DNA of 64,000 bases from an uncultured delta proteobacterium (GTDB lineage Bacteria > Myxococcota > Myxococcia > SLRQ01). The DNA lies in the NCBI GenBank assembly GCA_963727485.1, contig CAVSGM010000002.1, forward strand, positions 1,440,001-1,504,000. The letters run 5' to 3'. Position 1 is the first letter of the stretch, and the number at the start of each line of letters is the position of its first letter. Both the position numbers and the translations under genes were made by a program. The notes under the pieces are model-generated. The model made no database searches and was not told where the DNA came from. It saw only the letters and a program-made list of their open reading frames with translations. Positions 1-9,751 of this stretch are shown piece after piece.

Positions 1-5
1 CCACG

Positions 6-1115
6 GTGAAGGCGCCGGTGACCGGGACCTGGCTCGCCGCCGCCGAGGACGGGAAGGGCCAGGTGGTCCTCGTCGCCACCGGCGCCGACGGGGAAGTGAC
101 CTTCGCGACCAAGGGGCCAGCGGGGGGGGCCCGGGGCTGGGCCACCGAGCCGGTGCTCCAGGGGGCCACCGCCGGGCCCCTGTCCCTGGCCCTGGCGCCG
201 AAGAGCGGCGAGGCGGTGGTGGCGGTGGTGGTCCACCCGAACCCGGACCTCGGTGCGCCCCCCATCGGCGCCCCCGCCGGCGCCGAGGCCGCCGGCCCCG
301 CCCCCGCCGGCGAAGGCGAGCTGGTGGTCGCCCGCCGGCGCCTCCCGCGGCTGTGGCGCCTGCGCCCGGTGGCCGTCGGCGCCCTCGATCCCTCGGTGGC
401 CGTGGACGCCAAGGGCACCGTGCACCTGGCCTTCCTCCAGCGCGCCGCCACCGGCTACGTCGTGGTCTACGCCCGCCTCGGCGAGAGCGGGGTGAGCCGG
501 TCGGTGGTGGGCCAGACCGGGATCCCCCGGCCCCCCCGGATCGCCCTGGCCGGGGGTCGCCCGGAGATCGCCTACGTCGCCGACGGGCCCCAGATCCTCC
601 TCGCCACCGCCGGCGCCGGGGACGCCTTCTCGGGCCGCCCGGTCCCGGCGGGGGTCTTCGGCGAGCCCGCCGAGCCCCCCTCGACCATGGACCTCCTCGC
701 CCGCCCCGGGGCCCAGCCGGTCCTCGCCTTCCTGCGGCCCTTCGCCGGGGGCACCCTCCACCTCTTCGGCCACCCGGTGGACCTCCCGGCCACGGCCAAG
801 GCCGGGGCCAACCTGCTGATGGTCTCGGTCTTCGACGGCAGCGGCCCCGAGTCCAAGGTGGTGGCGGTGCTCCCGAAGGGCGGGCCGCCGCCGTCGCTGG
901 CCCTCACCGTGGGCCCGGCGGGCCTGGAGGTCGCCGCCGCCGCCGGGGGCACCGCGGTGCTCGCCCTCCGCCGGCCGGTGGGCTGGACGGCCACCGTCCC
1001 CGCCGGGGGCCAGGCCACCGCCGCGGCGCTGGCGGGGACCCGGCCGGTGTTCCTCCTCGGGGACCGGATGCACCTCGGCGCGGCGCCCCAGGCGAGCCGG
1101 GTCGGGCCCCACTAG
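6..1115 (+). CDS. Hypothetical protein, probably 5'-partial, possibly beta-propeller-like
   Basis: GC3-rich ORF with repeated 'SVAVDAKGTVHLAF' / 'RIALAGGRPEIAY'-type blades; stop is directly followed by the next gene. Confidence 0.55.
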   Translation: MKAPVTGTWLAAAEDGKGQVVLVATGADGEVTFATKGPAGGARGWATEPVLQGATAGPLSLALAPKSGEAVVAVVVHPNPDLGAPPIGAPAGAEAAGPAPAGEGELVVARRRLPRLWRLRPVAVGALDPSVAVDAKGTVHLAFLQRAATGYVVVYARLGESGVSRSVVGQTGIPRPPRIALAGGRPEIAYVADGPQILLATAGAGDAFSGRPVPAGVFGEPAEPPSTMDLLARPGAQPVLAFLRPFAGGTLHLFGHPVDLPATAKAGANLLMVSVFDGSGPESKVVAVLPKGGPPPSLALTVGPAGLEVAAAAGGTAVLALRRPVGWTATVPAGGQATAAALAGTRPVFLLGDRMHLGAAPQASRVGPH

Positions 1116-1116
1116 G

Positions 1117-2349
1117 GTGCCCGGGCGCCTCCACCCGGCCACCCGGAACCTCCTCGCCGCCCGCTTCGTCCGGAGCCTGGGCCAGGGGGCGCTCCTGGTG
1201 GGCTTCGCCCTCTACCTCGATCGCCTCGGGTGGTCCGCCGGGCGCATCGGGGTGCTGCTGGGGGCCGGGGGCCTCGGCGCCGGCCTCCTGGGCCTGATGG
1301 TCGGGATCACCAGCGACCGCTTCGGCCGCCGGCGCTTCCTCCTCGCCTACCAGTCGGCCCTGGTGGCGGTGGCGGCGACCCTGGTGGTCACCGCCAACCC
1401 GGTGGCGATCTTCGCCGCCACCCTGGTCGGCGGCTTCGGCCGGGGGCAGGCGGGCTCGGCGGGCCCCTTCGCCCCCGCCGAGGGCGCCTGGCTCGCCGAG
1501 GCGGTGCGCCCGGAGAACCGGGGGATGGTCTACAGCCTCAACGCCGCCCTGGGCTTCTTCGGGATGGCCACCGGGGCGCTCGTCGCCGGGGCCATCCCCT
1601 GGCTCCAGCGCTGGCTCCCCGGGGCCAGCGCCTACCGGGCCCTCTTCGTCCTCTCGGCCACCGGGGCGCTGGTGGTCCTGGCGATCCTCGCCCGCACCGA
1701 AGGCGGCACCGGCCACCCCAAGGCCCAGAGGGAGACCGGCGAGGCCGAGCTCCGGCGGCGGGCCACCCGCAAGGCGGAGAACCGGGCGCTCGGCCTGCTG
1801 GTGCTGACCAACGCCTTCAACGGGATCTCCATCGGGCTGACCGCCCCCCTCATCGCCTACTGGTTCGACCTGAAGTTCGGCGTCGGCCCCGGGGCCCTGG
1901 GGCCGGTGTTCGCCGCCACCTTCGTCCTCACCGGGATCGCCTCGATCCTCCTCGGGGCCCTCACCCGGACCTTCGGCGTGGTGCGCTCGGTGGTCGCCGG
2001 CCGGGGGGTGGGCCTGGGCCTCTTGGTGGCGTTGCCGCTGCTCCCCTCCTACGCCCTCGCCGCCTCGGCCTACGCCCTGCGCTCGGCGGTGAGCCGGGGG
2101 ACGGTGGGCGCGCGGCAGGCCCTCACCGTGAGCCTCGTCGGCGACGCCCGAAGGGGCCTGGCCACCAGCCTCTCCATCGTCTCCATGATCCTCCCCTCGG
2201 CGGTGGGGCCGGTGATCGCCGGCTACCTCCTCGAGGCCGGGCACCTCACCCTGCCCTTCTTCCTCGCCGCGGCGATGCAGGTGGTCTACCTGACCCTCTA
2301 CGCGGTGATCTTCCGGCGCTACGAGCCGCCCCGGGCCGCCGGTGCCTAG
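1117..2349 (+). CDS. MFS transporter
   Basis: About 12 hydrophobic segments; motif A 'GITSDRFGRRRF'. Confidence 0.9.
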   Translation: MPGRLHPATRNLLAARFVRSLGQGALLVGFALYLDRLGWSAGRIGVLLGAGGLGAGLLGLMVGITSDRFGRRRFLLAYQSALVAVAATLVVTANPVAIFAATLVGGFGRGQAGSAGPFAPAEGAWLAEAVRPENRGMVYSLNAALGFFGMATGALVAGAIPWLQRWLPGASAYRALFVLSATGALVVLAILARTEGGTGHPKAQRETGEAELRRRATRKAENRALGLLVLTNAFNGISIGLTAPLIAYWFDLKFGVGPGALGPVFAATFVLTGIASILLGALTRTFGVVRSVVAGRGVGLGLLVALPLLPSYALAASAYALRSAVSRGTVGARQALTVSLVGDARRGLATSLSIVSMILPSAVGPVIAGYLLEAGHLTLPFFLAAAMQVVYLTLYAVIFRRYEPPRAAGA

Positions 2350-2361
2350 GCTCCAGGCGTC

Positions 2362-4770
2362 ATGGACGCCGCGCCGAAGGGGCTGACCACCGCCGAGGCC
2401 ACCGCCCGCCTCGCCCGGGTCGGCCCCAACGCCCTCCCCGAGCCAAGGTCCGGGCTGCTCCTTCGCCTCCTCCACTTCTTCTGGGGCCCCATCCCCTGGA
2501 TGATCGAGGCGGCGGCGATCCTCTCGGCGGTGGTGCGCCACTTCGCCGACCTCGCCATCATCTCCATCCTCCTGGTGGCCAACGCCGCGGTGGGCTTCTG
2601 GGAGGAGTGGCAGGCCGAGGGGGCCATCGCCGCCCTCCGGGCCCACCTGGCCCCGATGGCGCGCGTCCAACGCGACGGAACCTGGAAGACCCTCCCCGCC
2701 CGGGAGCTCGTCCCCGGGGACCTCATCCGCCTGCGCCTCGGCGACATCGTCCCCGCCGACGCCCGGCTCCTCGGCGACGCGGCGGTGGAGGTGGACCAGT
2801 CGGCCCTCACCGGCGAGTCGCTGCCGGTGACCCACGGCGCCGGGGAGACGGTGTACTCGGGGGCCATCCTCCGCCAGGGCGAGAGCGACGCCGAGGTCAC
2901 CGCCACCGGGAAGCACACCTTCTTCGGCCGCACCGTGGAGCTGGTCTCCGAGGCCCGGACGGTGAGCCACTTCCAGCGGGCGGTCCTCAAGATCGGCGAC
3001 TACCTGATCTTCCTGGCGGTGGCGCTGGTGGCCGTCATCGTCCTGGTGGCGCTCTTCCGGGGCGACCGCTTCGGGGACACCCTGCAGTTCGCCCTGGTGC
3101 TCACCGTCGCCGCCATCCCCGTGGCCATGCCCACGGTGCTCTCGGTGACCATGGCGGTGGGGGCCCGGGCCCTGGCGGCGCGCCAGGCGGTGGTGACCCG
3201 GCTGGCCGCGGTGGAGGAGCTGGCGGGGATGGACCTGCTCTTCTCCGACAAGACCGGGACCCTCACCGAGAACCGGCTCCGCCTCGGGGCGCCGGTGTGC
3301 GCGGCGGGGGTGGCCCCCGAGGAGGTCCTCCGGGCGGCGGCGCTGGCCTCCCGGGCCGAGAACGCCGACGCCATCGACGCGACGGTCCTCGCCGGGATCC
3401 CCGACGCCCGCGCCCTCGACGGGTGCACGGTGCTGGCCTTCCACCCCTTCGACCCGGTGGGCAAGCGCACCGAGGCCACGGTGCGCGGCCCGGACGGCGC
3501 GGTGTTCCGGGTGACCAAGGGCGCCCCCCAGGTGATCCGGGCGCTGGCCGGGCCCGAGGCGGCGGACGCGGCCCGCCTCGGGGCGGCGGTGCAGGCGTTC
3601 GCGGTGCGCGGCGACCGGGCCCTCGGGGTCGCCCGGGCCGAGGCCGAGGGCCCGTTCCGCCTCCTGGGCGTCCTGCCCCTCTCGGATCCGCCCCGGGCCG
3701 ACTCCAAGGCGACGGTGGCGGCGGCGCGGGACCTGGGGGTGGCGGTGAAGATGGTCACCGGGGACCAGCTGGCCATCGCCCGGGAGGTCAGCCGGGCCCT
3801 GGACCTCGGCACCCGCCTCCTCGACGCCTCGACCCTCGGCGACACCACCCACCCGGAGAGCGCGGCGGTGGACGACGCCATCGAGGCCGCCGACGGCTTC
3901 GCCGAGGTCTTCCCCGAGCACAAGTACCACCTGGTGGCGGTGGCCCAGCGCCGCGGGCACATCGTGGGGATGACCGGCGACGGGGTGAACGACGCCCCCG
4001 CCCTGAAGAAGGCCGACGCCGGGATCGCCGTCGCCGGCGCCACCGACGCCGCCCGGGCCGCCGCCTCGATCGTGCTCCTCGGCCCCGGCCTCTCGGTGAT
4101 CATCGACGCCATCGGCGAGGCCCGGCGGATCTTCCAGCGGATGACCAGCTACGCGGTCTACCGGATCGCCGAGACGGTGCGGGTGCTCCTGTTCCTGACC
4201 CTCTCGATCCTGGTGTTCGACTTCTACCCGGTGACCGCGGTGATGCTGGTGCTCCTGGCGCTGCTCAACGACGGCGCCATCCTCGCCATCGCCTTCGACC
4301 GGGCCACCCCCTCGAGGCGCCCGGAGGCCTGGAACACCCGGGCGGTGCTGGGCATCGCCACCGTCCTGGGGATCTTCGGGGTGGTGGCGTCGTTCGGGCT
4401 CTTCTACCTGGGGGAGCGGGTCTTCCACCTCGACCGGCCGACGATCCAGACCCTGATGTACCTCAAGCTCTCGGTGGCCGGGCACCTGACCATCTTCGTG
4501 ACCCGGACCCGGGGCCGCTTCTGGACGAGACGCCCGGCGGGGGTGCTGGTGGCGGCGGTGCTCGGGACCCAGGCGCTGGCCACGGTGCTGGCGGTCTACG
4601 GGGTGCTCATGCCCCCCATCGGCTGGCGCTGGGCGGGGGTGGTGTGGGCCTACGCCGCGGCCTGGCTCTTCGTCAACGACCAGGTGAAGCTGGTGGCCTA
4701 TCGGCTCCTCAATCCCCACCAGCTGGTCCTGGGCAGCGGCCGGGCCGGCGCCCAGGCGGCGCCCCGCTGA
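2362..4770 (+). CDS. Plasma-membrane-type proton-efflux P-type ATPase (type IIIA)
   Basis: DKTGTLT, TGES and GDGVNDAPALKKAD motifs; 'WGPIPWMIE', 'IPVAMPTV' and 'LLNDG' are typical of H+-ATPases. Confidence 0.92.
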   Translation: MDAAPKGLTTAEATARLARVGPNALPEPRSGLLLRLLHFFWGPIPWMIEAAAILSAVVRHFADLAIISILLVANAAVGFWEEWQAEGAIAALRAHLAPMARVQRDGTWKTLPARELVPGDLIRLRLGDIVPADARLLGDAAVEVDQSALTGESLPVTHGAGETVYSGAILRQGESDAEVTATGKHTFFGRTVELVSEARTVSHFQRAVLKIGDYLIFLAVALVAVIVLVALFRGDRFGDTLQFALVLTVAAIPVAMPTVLSVTMAVGARALAARQAVVTRLAAVEELAGMDLLFSDKTGTLTENRLRLGAPVCAAGVAPEEVLRAAALASRAENADAIDATVLAGIPDARALDGCTVLAFHPFDPVGKRTEATVRGPDGAVFRVTKGAPQVIRALAGPEAADAARLGAAVQAFAVRGDRALGVARAEAEGPFRLLGVLPLSDPPRADSKATVAAARDLGVAVKMVTGDQLAIAREVSRALDLGTRLLDASTLGDTTHPESAAVDDAIEAADGFAEVFPEHKYHLVAVAQRRGHIVGMTGDGVNDAPALKKADAGIAVAGATDAARAAASIVLLGPGLSVIIDAIGEARRIFQRMTSYAVYRIAETVRVLLFLTLSILVFDFYPVTAVMLVLLALLNDGAILAIAFDRATPSRRPEAWNTRAVLGIATVLGIFGVVASFGLFYLGERVFHLDRPTIQTLMYLKLSVAGHLTIFVTRTRGRFWTRRPAGVLVAAVLGTQALATVLAVYGVLMPPIGWRWAGVVWAYAAAWLFVNDQVKLVAYRLLNPHQLVLGSGRAGAQAAPR

Positions 4771-4771
4771 A

Positions 4772-4806
4772 ACGAAAACGCCCCGCAGACACGAGGTCTG
4801 CGGGGC
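4772..4806 (-). terminator. Intrinsic terminator of the cytochrome operon (possibly bidirectional)
   Basis: 11-bp stem GCCCCGCAGAC/GTCTGCGGGGC with a 5-nt loop, followed by GTTTTCGTTT on the minus strand; lies between convergent genes. Confidence 0.8.
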
Positions 4807-4878
4807 TGCGGCGGGGGCCGGGTGGGGGTCGTCGGGCGGGACGACCGCACCCACCCGGGTCGCCGGGTGGCTGGGTGC

Positions 4879-5487
4879 CTACTTCTTCGGCACCGGGTGC
4901 GCGATCTTCTTGCGCATCTCGTCGAAGTTGAACGGCTTGTAGAACGGGTTGGTGTAGGTCTTCCCGTCGACCGTCCGGGTCTTCTGGTGGCAGGTCTCGC
5001 AGTCCTTGGCGGTGGGCATGATCAGCCCGACCCGCTTGGCGGTGGCGCTGGGCTTGCTGGAGTCGCCCCCCATCTCCTCCCAGATCTTCTTCATGGTGGT
5101 CTTCATCCGGTAGCGCTGACCGGGACCGTGGCAGGCCTCGCACTGCACGCCGTCGGTGGCGTGGAACATCGGCGAGAACCGGCTCTTGGCGAGCCCATGG
5201 CCGGTGGTGTGGCAGATGAGGCAGGCGTCCTGCTTCTGGGGATCGCCGGTGACGCCCAGCTTCTTGGCGGCCGCCTTGGCCTTGTCGGTGCCCAGCACCT
5301 CGTAGGCGTGGGCGTGCTTGCTCTTCTGCCACACCGCGAACTGGTCACCCTGGTCCTTGTGACGGTGGCAGAGGGCGCAGCTCTTGACGCCGACGTAGGT
5401 GAGGTCGGAGGCCTGCACCGGGGTGGGGTGGATGGCCAGGGCGAAGGCGACCAGGCCGGCGACGGAAATCGGGATCAGCATCCTCAT
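4879..5487 (-). CDS. Tetraheme cytochrome c, c554 family
   Basis: Signal peptide; CALCH, CLICH, CEACH(GPG) and CETCH; 'YVGVKSC..CH' and 'GVQCEACHGPG' are c554-like. Confidence 0.88.
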   Translation of the reverse strand: MRMLIPISVAGLVAFALAIHPTPVQASDLTYVGVKSCALCHRHKDQGDQFAVWQKSKHAHAYEVLGTDKAKAAAKKLGVTGDPQKQDACLICHTTGHGLAKSRFSPMFHATDGVQCEACHGPGQRYRMKTTMKKIWEEMGGDSSKPSATAKRVGLIMPTAKDCETCHQKTRTVDGKTYTNPFYKPFNFDEMRKKIAHPVPKK

Positions 5488-6315
5488 TTCGACTTCTCCT
5501 TGGGCATGTTTCCCTTTCGGATCTCTTGCCGTTGCTCCTTGAGGAACCGGAGCAGCTTCTGGGTCTTGACCTCGACGGCATCGAGGTCAAAGGTGTGCCA
5601 CTCGGCGTCCAGCTCGTGGACCATCTTGTCGACGACCTGGAAGGTCGCCTTGAGGTCCTCGGGCTTGGACTTGATGGCGATGTAGCGGGTGTAGCGGTGC
5701 ACGCTCGAGGAACTCGCCGAGGATGGTCTCGGCCTTGCCCGGGATCTCCGGGTGGTTCTTGGTGCGCTGGTTGTGACAGCGGGCGCAGGCGGCCTTGACG
5801 TCGTTGACGTTGAGGACGCTGGTGTTCATGGCCCCGTGGCAGGTGACGCAGTTGGGGCCCTGGCGCGCCTGGCCCTTGGCGACCAGGTGGCGGTAGTGGG
5901 CGCTCTTGCGGAAGCTGTCCGCGACCTCGGAGTGGCACTTGGCGCAGGTGGCGGGGATGTTCTTGTAGTTCACCGCGCTCATCACGCTGCGGTGCCCCTT
6001 GGTCCTGCCCGCGTGGGCCTGACGCCGGTCGTTGGCCTGGGGGTTGCCCCCGTGGCAGTCGACGCAGCTCACCCCCTCCTGGGCGTGGATCGAGTCCTTC
6101 CAGTTGAGGAAGTAGTGGTAGAGGCGCGGGTGGGTGACCAGGAAACGCTGCTGGCTGTGGCAGCGGATGCAGGAGCTCTGCTGCGCCATCACCTGCACCT
6201 TGGTCGGCGCCTTCTTTGCCCCCGATCCGGCAGCGAACGCCGGCACCCCCACCCCGAACGTCAGGGTCAGCAAAGGCAGGAACAAGAGGCGCACGGCGCT
6301 CGATGAACGTCTCAT
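5484..6315 (-). CDS. Pentaheme cytochrome c (frameshift near 5705, probably a sequence error)
   Basis: ATG at 6315 overlaps the NrfD stop (ATGA); signal peptide; CIRCH, CVDCH, CAKCH, CVTCH, CARCH; C-terminus continues in ORF 5484..5702; length is 3n+1. Confidence 0.85.
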
Positions 6316-7535
6316 GTGAGCGGCTCCTTGTCGGGCGCCCGAAGCGCCCCGGTCTCGATGGGGATGGCCACCTTGGCGAGCAGGGTGAACACCAGGGCGC
6401 CGACAGCCCAGACTCCCACCGAGATGATGATCTCGCGTGTGGACGGTGTGTACTGGAAGACCTCGCCGACCGGGGTGGGCACGAAGCCGGGGATGATGAG
6501 GTCGATCCCCTTGTCCACCCAGATGCCGACCACGGTGAGGAAGCAGGCGAGGTTGAGCAGCCACATCTTCTGGCGCAGGGGGTGGATGGTGAGGATCACC
6601 GCCGCCACCACCGACATCACCAGCCCCGCCCAGGTCCAGGGCGCCACCGCCAGCGCCTGGCCGATCCCGAAGAACATGTAGGTGGCGCTCACGGTGTGGG
6701 CGGTGGGGAAGTAGAACTCGGTGAACGCCTCGGCGAACACGAAGAACAGGTCGATCTGCAGCGACACCGCGACGATCAGCGCCAGGGTGTTGACCACCGA
6801 CTCGTCCACGTGGAGCGGGGTGCGCCGCTTGATCACCGCCAGGGCGAGGATGATCAGCGCCGGGCCCGAGGCGAAGGCGCCGGCGAGGAACTTCGGCGCC
6901 AGGAGCGCGTAGTGCCAGAAGGGCCGGCCCACGTTGGAGGAGAAGAGGAAGGCGGTGACGGTGTGGATCCCGATCGCCCAGACGATGGCGATGAACACCC
7001 CCGGGAGGTAGATGCGGGGGTTGGGCTCCTTGCCCCGGTACCGGCTGTAGAGGATGTAGAAGGGGATGGTGAGGTTGAGGAAGAGGTAGCCGGAGAGCAC
7101 CAGCACGTCCCAGGCGAGCATCGACGCCGGCCAGTGGAAGTGGCCGATGTAGGGGATCATGTGCCAGATGCGCTCGGGGTGGCCGAGGTCGACGGTGACG
7201 AAGGTCATGCACATCACCACCGCCGCCACCGCCAGGCCCTCCCCGATGAGGACCACGTGCTTGATGTCCTTGCGGTGGAAGACGTAGGCGGGGATCACCA
7301 GCATCACCGCGGCGGCGGCGACCCCCACCAGGTAGGTGAAGTTGGCGATGTACGAGCCCCAGGAGACCTGGTCGCTCATCCCGGTGATGATCAGGCCGTT
7401 CTCCAGCTGATCGATGTAGTTGGAGGCGGCGAAGACGATCACCACCGACAGCGCCAGGATCCACAGCCAGTAGACACGGCTGCCCTGGACCATCTGCTTG
7501 AAGCCGTCCTTGAAGAACGAGGCGAGGGTATCCAT
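6312..7535 (-). CDS. NrfD/PsrC-family integral membrane subunit (DsrP/HmcC-like)
   Basis: 'GMSDQVSWGSYIANFTYLVGVAA', 'DLGHPERIWH' and 'IHTVTAFL'; about 10 TM segments. Confidence 0.9.
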   Translation of the reverse strand: MDTLASFFKDGFKQMVQGSRVYWLWILALSVVIVFAASNYIDQLENGLIITGMSDQVSWGSYIANFTYLVGVAAAAVMLVIPAYVFHRKDIKHVVLIGEGLAVAAVVMCMTFVTVDLGHPERIWHMIPYIGHFHWPASMLAWDVLVLSGYLFLNLTIPFYILYSRYRGKEPNPRIYLPGVFIAIVWAIGIHTVTAFLFSSNVGRPFWHYALLAPKFLAGAFASGPALIILALAVIKRRTPLHVDESVVNTLALIVAVSLQIDLFFVFAEAFTEFYFPTAHTVSATYMFFGIGQALAVAPWTWAGLVMSVVAAVILTIHPLRQKMWLLNLACFLTVVGIWVDKGIDLIIPGFVPTPVGEVFQYTPSTREIIISVGVWAVGALVFTLLAKVAIPIETGALRAPDKEPLT

Positions 7536-7541
7536 GTCGTT

Positions 7542-8447
7542 TCAGTCCGTGTAGTACCAGAAGCGGGGATCGGTCCCGAGCTCTTCCTTGAGCCGGAACA
7601 CGCGCTTGTTTTCGAGCACGTAGCGAATATCGCTTTCAGGGTCGAGGAGGTTGCCGAAGACCCGGGCCCCGGTGGGGCAGGCCTCGAGGCAGGCGGGGAG
7701 GCGGCCCTTGCGGGTCCGCTGGATGCAGAAGGTGCACTTCTCGACCACGCCCTTGGGCCGGGGCCGGTTGCCCAGGTAGTGCTGGTCGACGTTGAGCTCG
7801 TCCTTGGGGATCTTCGGCTCGGCCCAGTTGAAGTGACGGGCCCAGTAGGGGCAGGCGGCCATGCAGTAGCGGCAGCCGATGCACCAGTCGTAGTCGATGA
7901 CGGTGATCCCGTCGGGCTCGGTCCAGGTGGCCTCCACCGGGCAGGCCTTGGTGCACGGCGGGTTGTCGCACTGGTGGCACTGGATGGGCAGGTACATCTT
8001 GCCCGCCTCCGGGACCTCCTTGGGGTCGAAGTAGTGGTCCGAGCTGTCGAGCTCGATGGTCTTGCCCTTCTCCAGCTCGAGGACCCGGATGTACTGGATC
8101 TGGGGGTCGCGGCTCTGGTTGTTCTCGGCGACGCAGGCCTCGACGCAGCGCCTCGTGCCCTGGCACTTGGAGAGGTTGAGGGCGTAGCCGTAGACCACGC
8201 CGGGCAGCGGGCCCTCGGAGCCCACCTCCACCTCCTTGCCGAAGTCCTTCTTCTCCTGGGCCTCGATCCGGGCGATGACGTCGCGTTTCTCGGCCGGCGT
8301 CATCTCCCGGTAGCGCTTCTGGAAGAAGGTGTCGAAGGAGGCCTTGCCGGCGAGCATCACCATGACCGAGGCGGCGGCGCCGCCCTTGAGCACGGTGCGC
8401 CGGGAGAGCTTCTGGAGACCTGGGGAGCGGTCGGTGCGGGTGGCCAT
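7542..8447 (-). CDS. NrfC/DsrO-like 4Fe-4S ferredoxin subunit, Tat-exported
   Basis: Twin-arginine 'SRRTVLKG'; CHQCDNPPC, CIGCRYCMAACP and CTFC...CLEACPTGARVFG. Confidence 0.9.
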   Translation of the reverse strand: MATRTDRSPGLQKLSRRTVLKGGAAASVMVMLAGKASFDTFFQKRYREMTPAEKRDVIARIEAQEKKDFGKEVEVGSEGPLPGVVYGYALNLSKCQGTRRCVEACVAENNQSRDPQIQYIRVLELEKGKTIELDSSDHYFDPKEVPEAGKMYLPIQCHQCDNPPCTKACPVEATWTEPDGITVIDYDWCIGCRYCMAACPYWARHFNWAEPKIPKDELNVDQHYLGNRPRPKGVVEKCTFCIQRTRKGRLPACLEACPTGARVFGNLLDPESDIRYVLENKRVFRLKEELGTDPRFWYYTD

Positions 8448-8454
8448 GGTGTGG

Positions 8455-9333
8455 TTACCTCTTCTCGTGCTCGGGGCCGCGCTCGCCGAGGGGGAGGCCC
8501 GGCGGGGGGCTGGCGATGGGGTCGCCCGCAGGACGGTGGAGGCCGCGCCGGGGGACGGGCGGCGGGCTCGGCTTGAAGGGGCCCAGGTAGGGCGAGTGGG
8601 GGTTGTGGCAGCCGGTGCAGTCGAGGAGGACCCGCTTGCCCTTCCAGTGGCCGATGCTGGAGCGGTCGGTCACCAGCAGGTCCTTGTGGGTCAGGGGGAC
8701 GTTGTGCGGGTCCTGGAAGGCGCCGGCGCGCTTGCCGTGCCCCCCGAAGGCCCAGTCGAGCTCCCGCTCGAAGTGGCACTGGCCACAGACCTTGTACGCC
8801 TGGTCGAAGTCCACGCTCTCCCCGTTGAGGGTGTGGAGCGTGTCCATGTTCTTGGCGTTGTGGCAGGTGTAGCACCAGAACCGGCCGCCGCCGTGGTGGA
8901 ACTTGAGATCGGTGTGCTCCTCCTTGAGCACCCGGATCTGCCTATTCGGCACCCGCGAGGGATCGTGGCACTGGGAGCAGGGGTAGTACATCAGCAGGCT
9001 CTTGCGCGATACGACGGTGAACGGCGGGGCCTGTTCAATGGTTTTCCCGGTCGCCGTCTTGGAAAGGGGGGCCCCTTTCGCCTCGCGCAGGTCCTGGAGG
9101 ATCTTCTTGGCCTCGGCCTGCGCGTCGTCAGTCTTTGCGGCCGCGGCGCCGCCGGGTTTCGCCGCTGGGGGCTTGCCCGCCTGATCGCCGTCGCTCCCAT
9201 TGGACTGCGGCCGGCTGGCGGTCGGCGAGAGCAGGAGGACCAGGGCCGCGAGACCGAAGAGCGCCCGCGCCGCCCGGCGTGCGGGGCGGCCTCGGGTCTT
9301 CCGGCCGGCGGATGGGGTATCAGCGCGTCTCAT
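8455..9333 (-). CDS. Tetraheme cytochrome c
   Basis: Hydrophobic N-terminal segment; CSQCH, CYTCH, CGQCH, CTGCH(NPH). Confidence 0.88.
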   Translation of the reverse strand: MRRADTPSAGRKTRGRPARRAARALFGLAALVLLLSPTASRPQSNGSDGDQAGKPPAAKPGGAAAAKTDDAQAEAKKILQDLREAKGAPLSKTATGKTIEQAPPFTVVSRKSLLMYYPCSQCHDPSRVPNRQIRVLKEEHTDLKFHHGGGRFWCYTCHNAKNMDTLHTLNGESVDFDQAYKVCGQCHFERELDWAFGGHGKRAGAFQDPHNVPLTHKDLLVTDRSSIGHWKGKRVLLDCTGCHNPHSPYLGPFKPSPPPVPRRGLHRPAGDPIASPPPGLPLGERGPEHEKR

Positions 9334-9407
9334 GGGTGTGGGAAGCCTCCGTCAGGCCAGGCGCGCTCGGCGCCGGCGCTCAGCGCACAATCCAACGCCG
9401 GGTGGGA

Positions 9408-9424
9408 TGCAGGAGGTGCGCCAA
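9408..9424 (-). promoter_or_regulatory. Putative sigma54 (-24/-12) promoter of the cytochrome operon
   Basis: Minus strand TTGGCGCACCTCCTGCA gives GG-N10-GC, about 75 bp upstream of the ATG at 9333. Confidence 0.6.
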
Positions 9425-9751
9425 AAGGCGGGAACCCTCCCCGTGAAAGCAGAATTGGCGCGATCCCCGATCGGCGACGTGCGCAATGGGTGCCGGAACC
9501 AGCGGTCGCGATCGCAGCTTCTGCGTCGGGCAGGCCGGCGCAGGGCCCGAGGGGTCGCCGTGGCCACCACGCCACCTGCGCCCGCGCGTCCCACGTGGCC
9601 GCCCTGATCCGGTCCGGTTCCATCGTCTTCTCGTTGGCGTCGATCGTTCTGGGCCCCGGCCGGGCGGGGACCAAAGCAAGGTCGGTGCCGGGGCGGCGTC
9701 CAGGCAGCACCCCGGTGCAGTTCGACACCGACGTGCAGTAGGCTCACGGCC

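Noticed and set aside
9483..9496. Second sigma54-like site (CGGCAC-CCA-TTGC, minus strand)
   Set aside because: GG-to-GC spacing is 8, not the required 10
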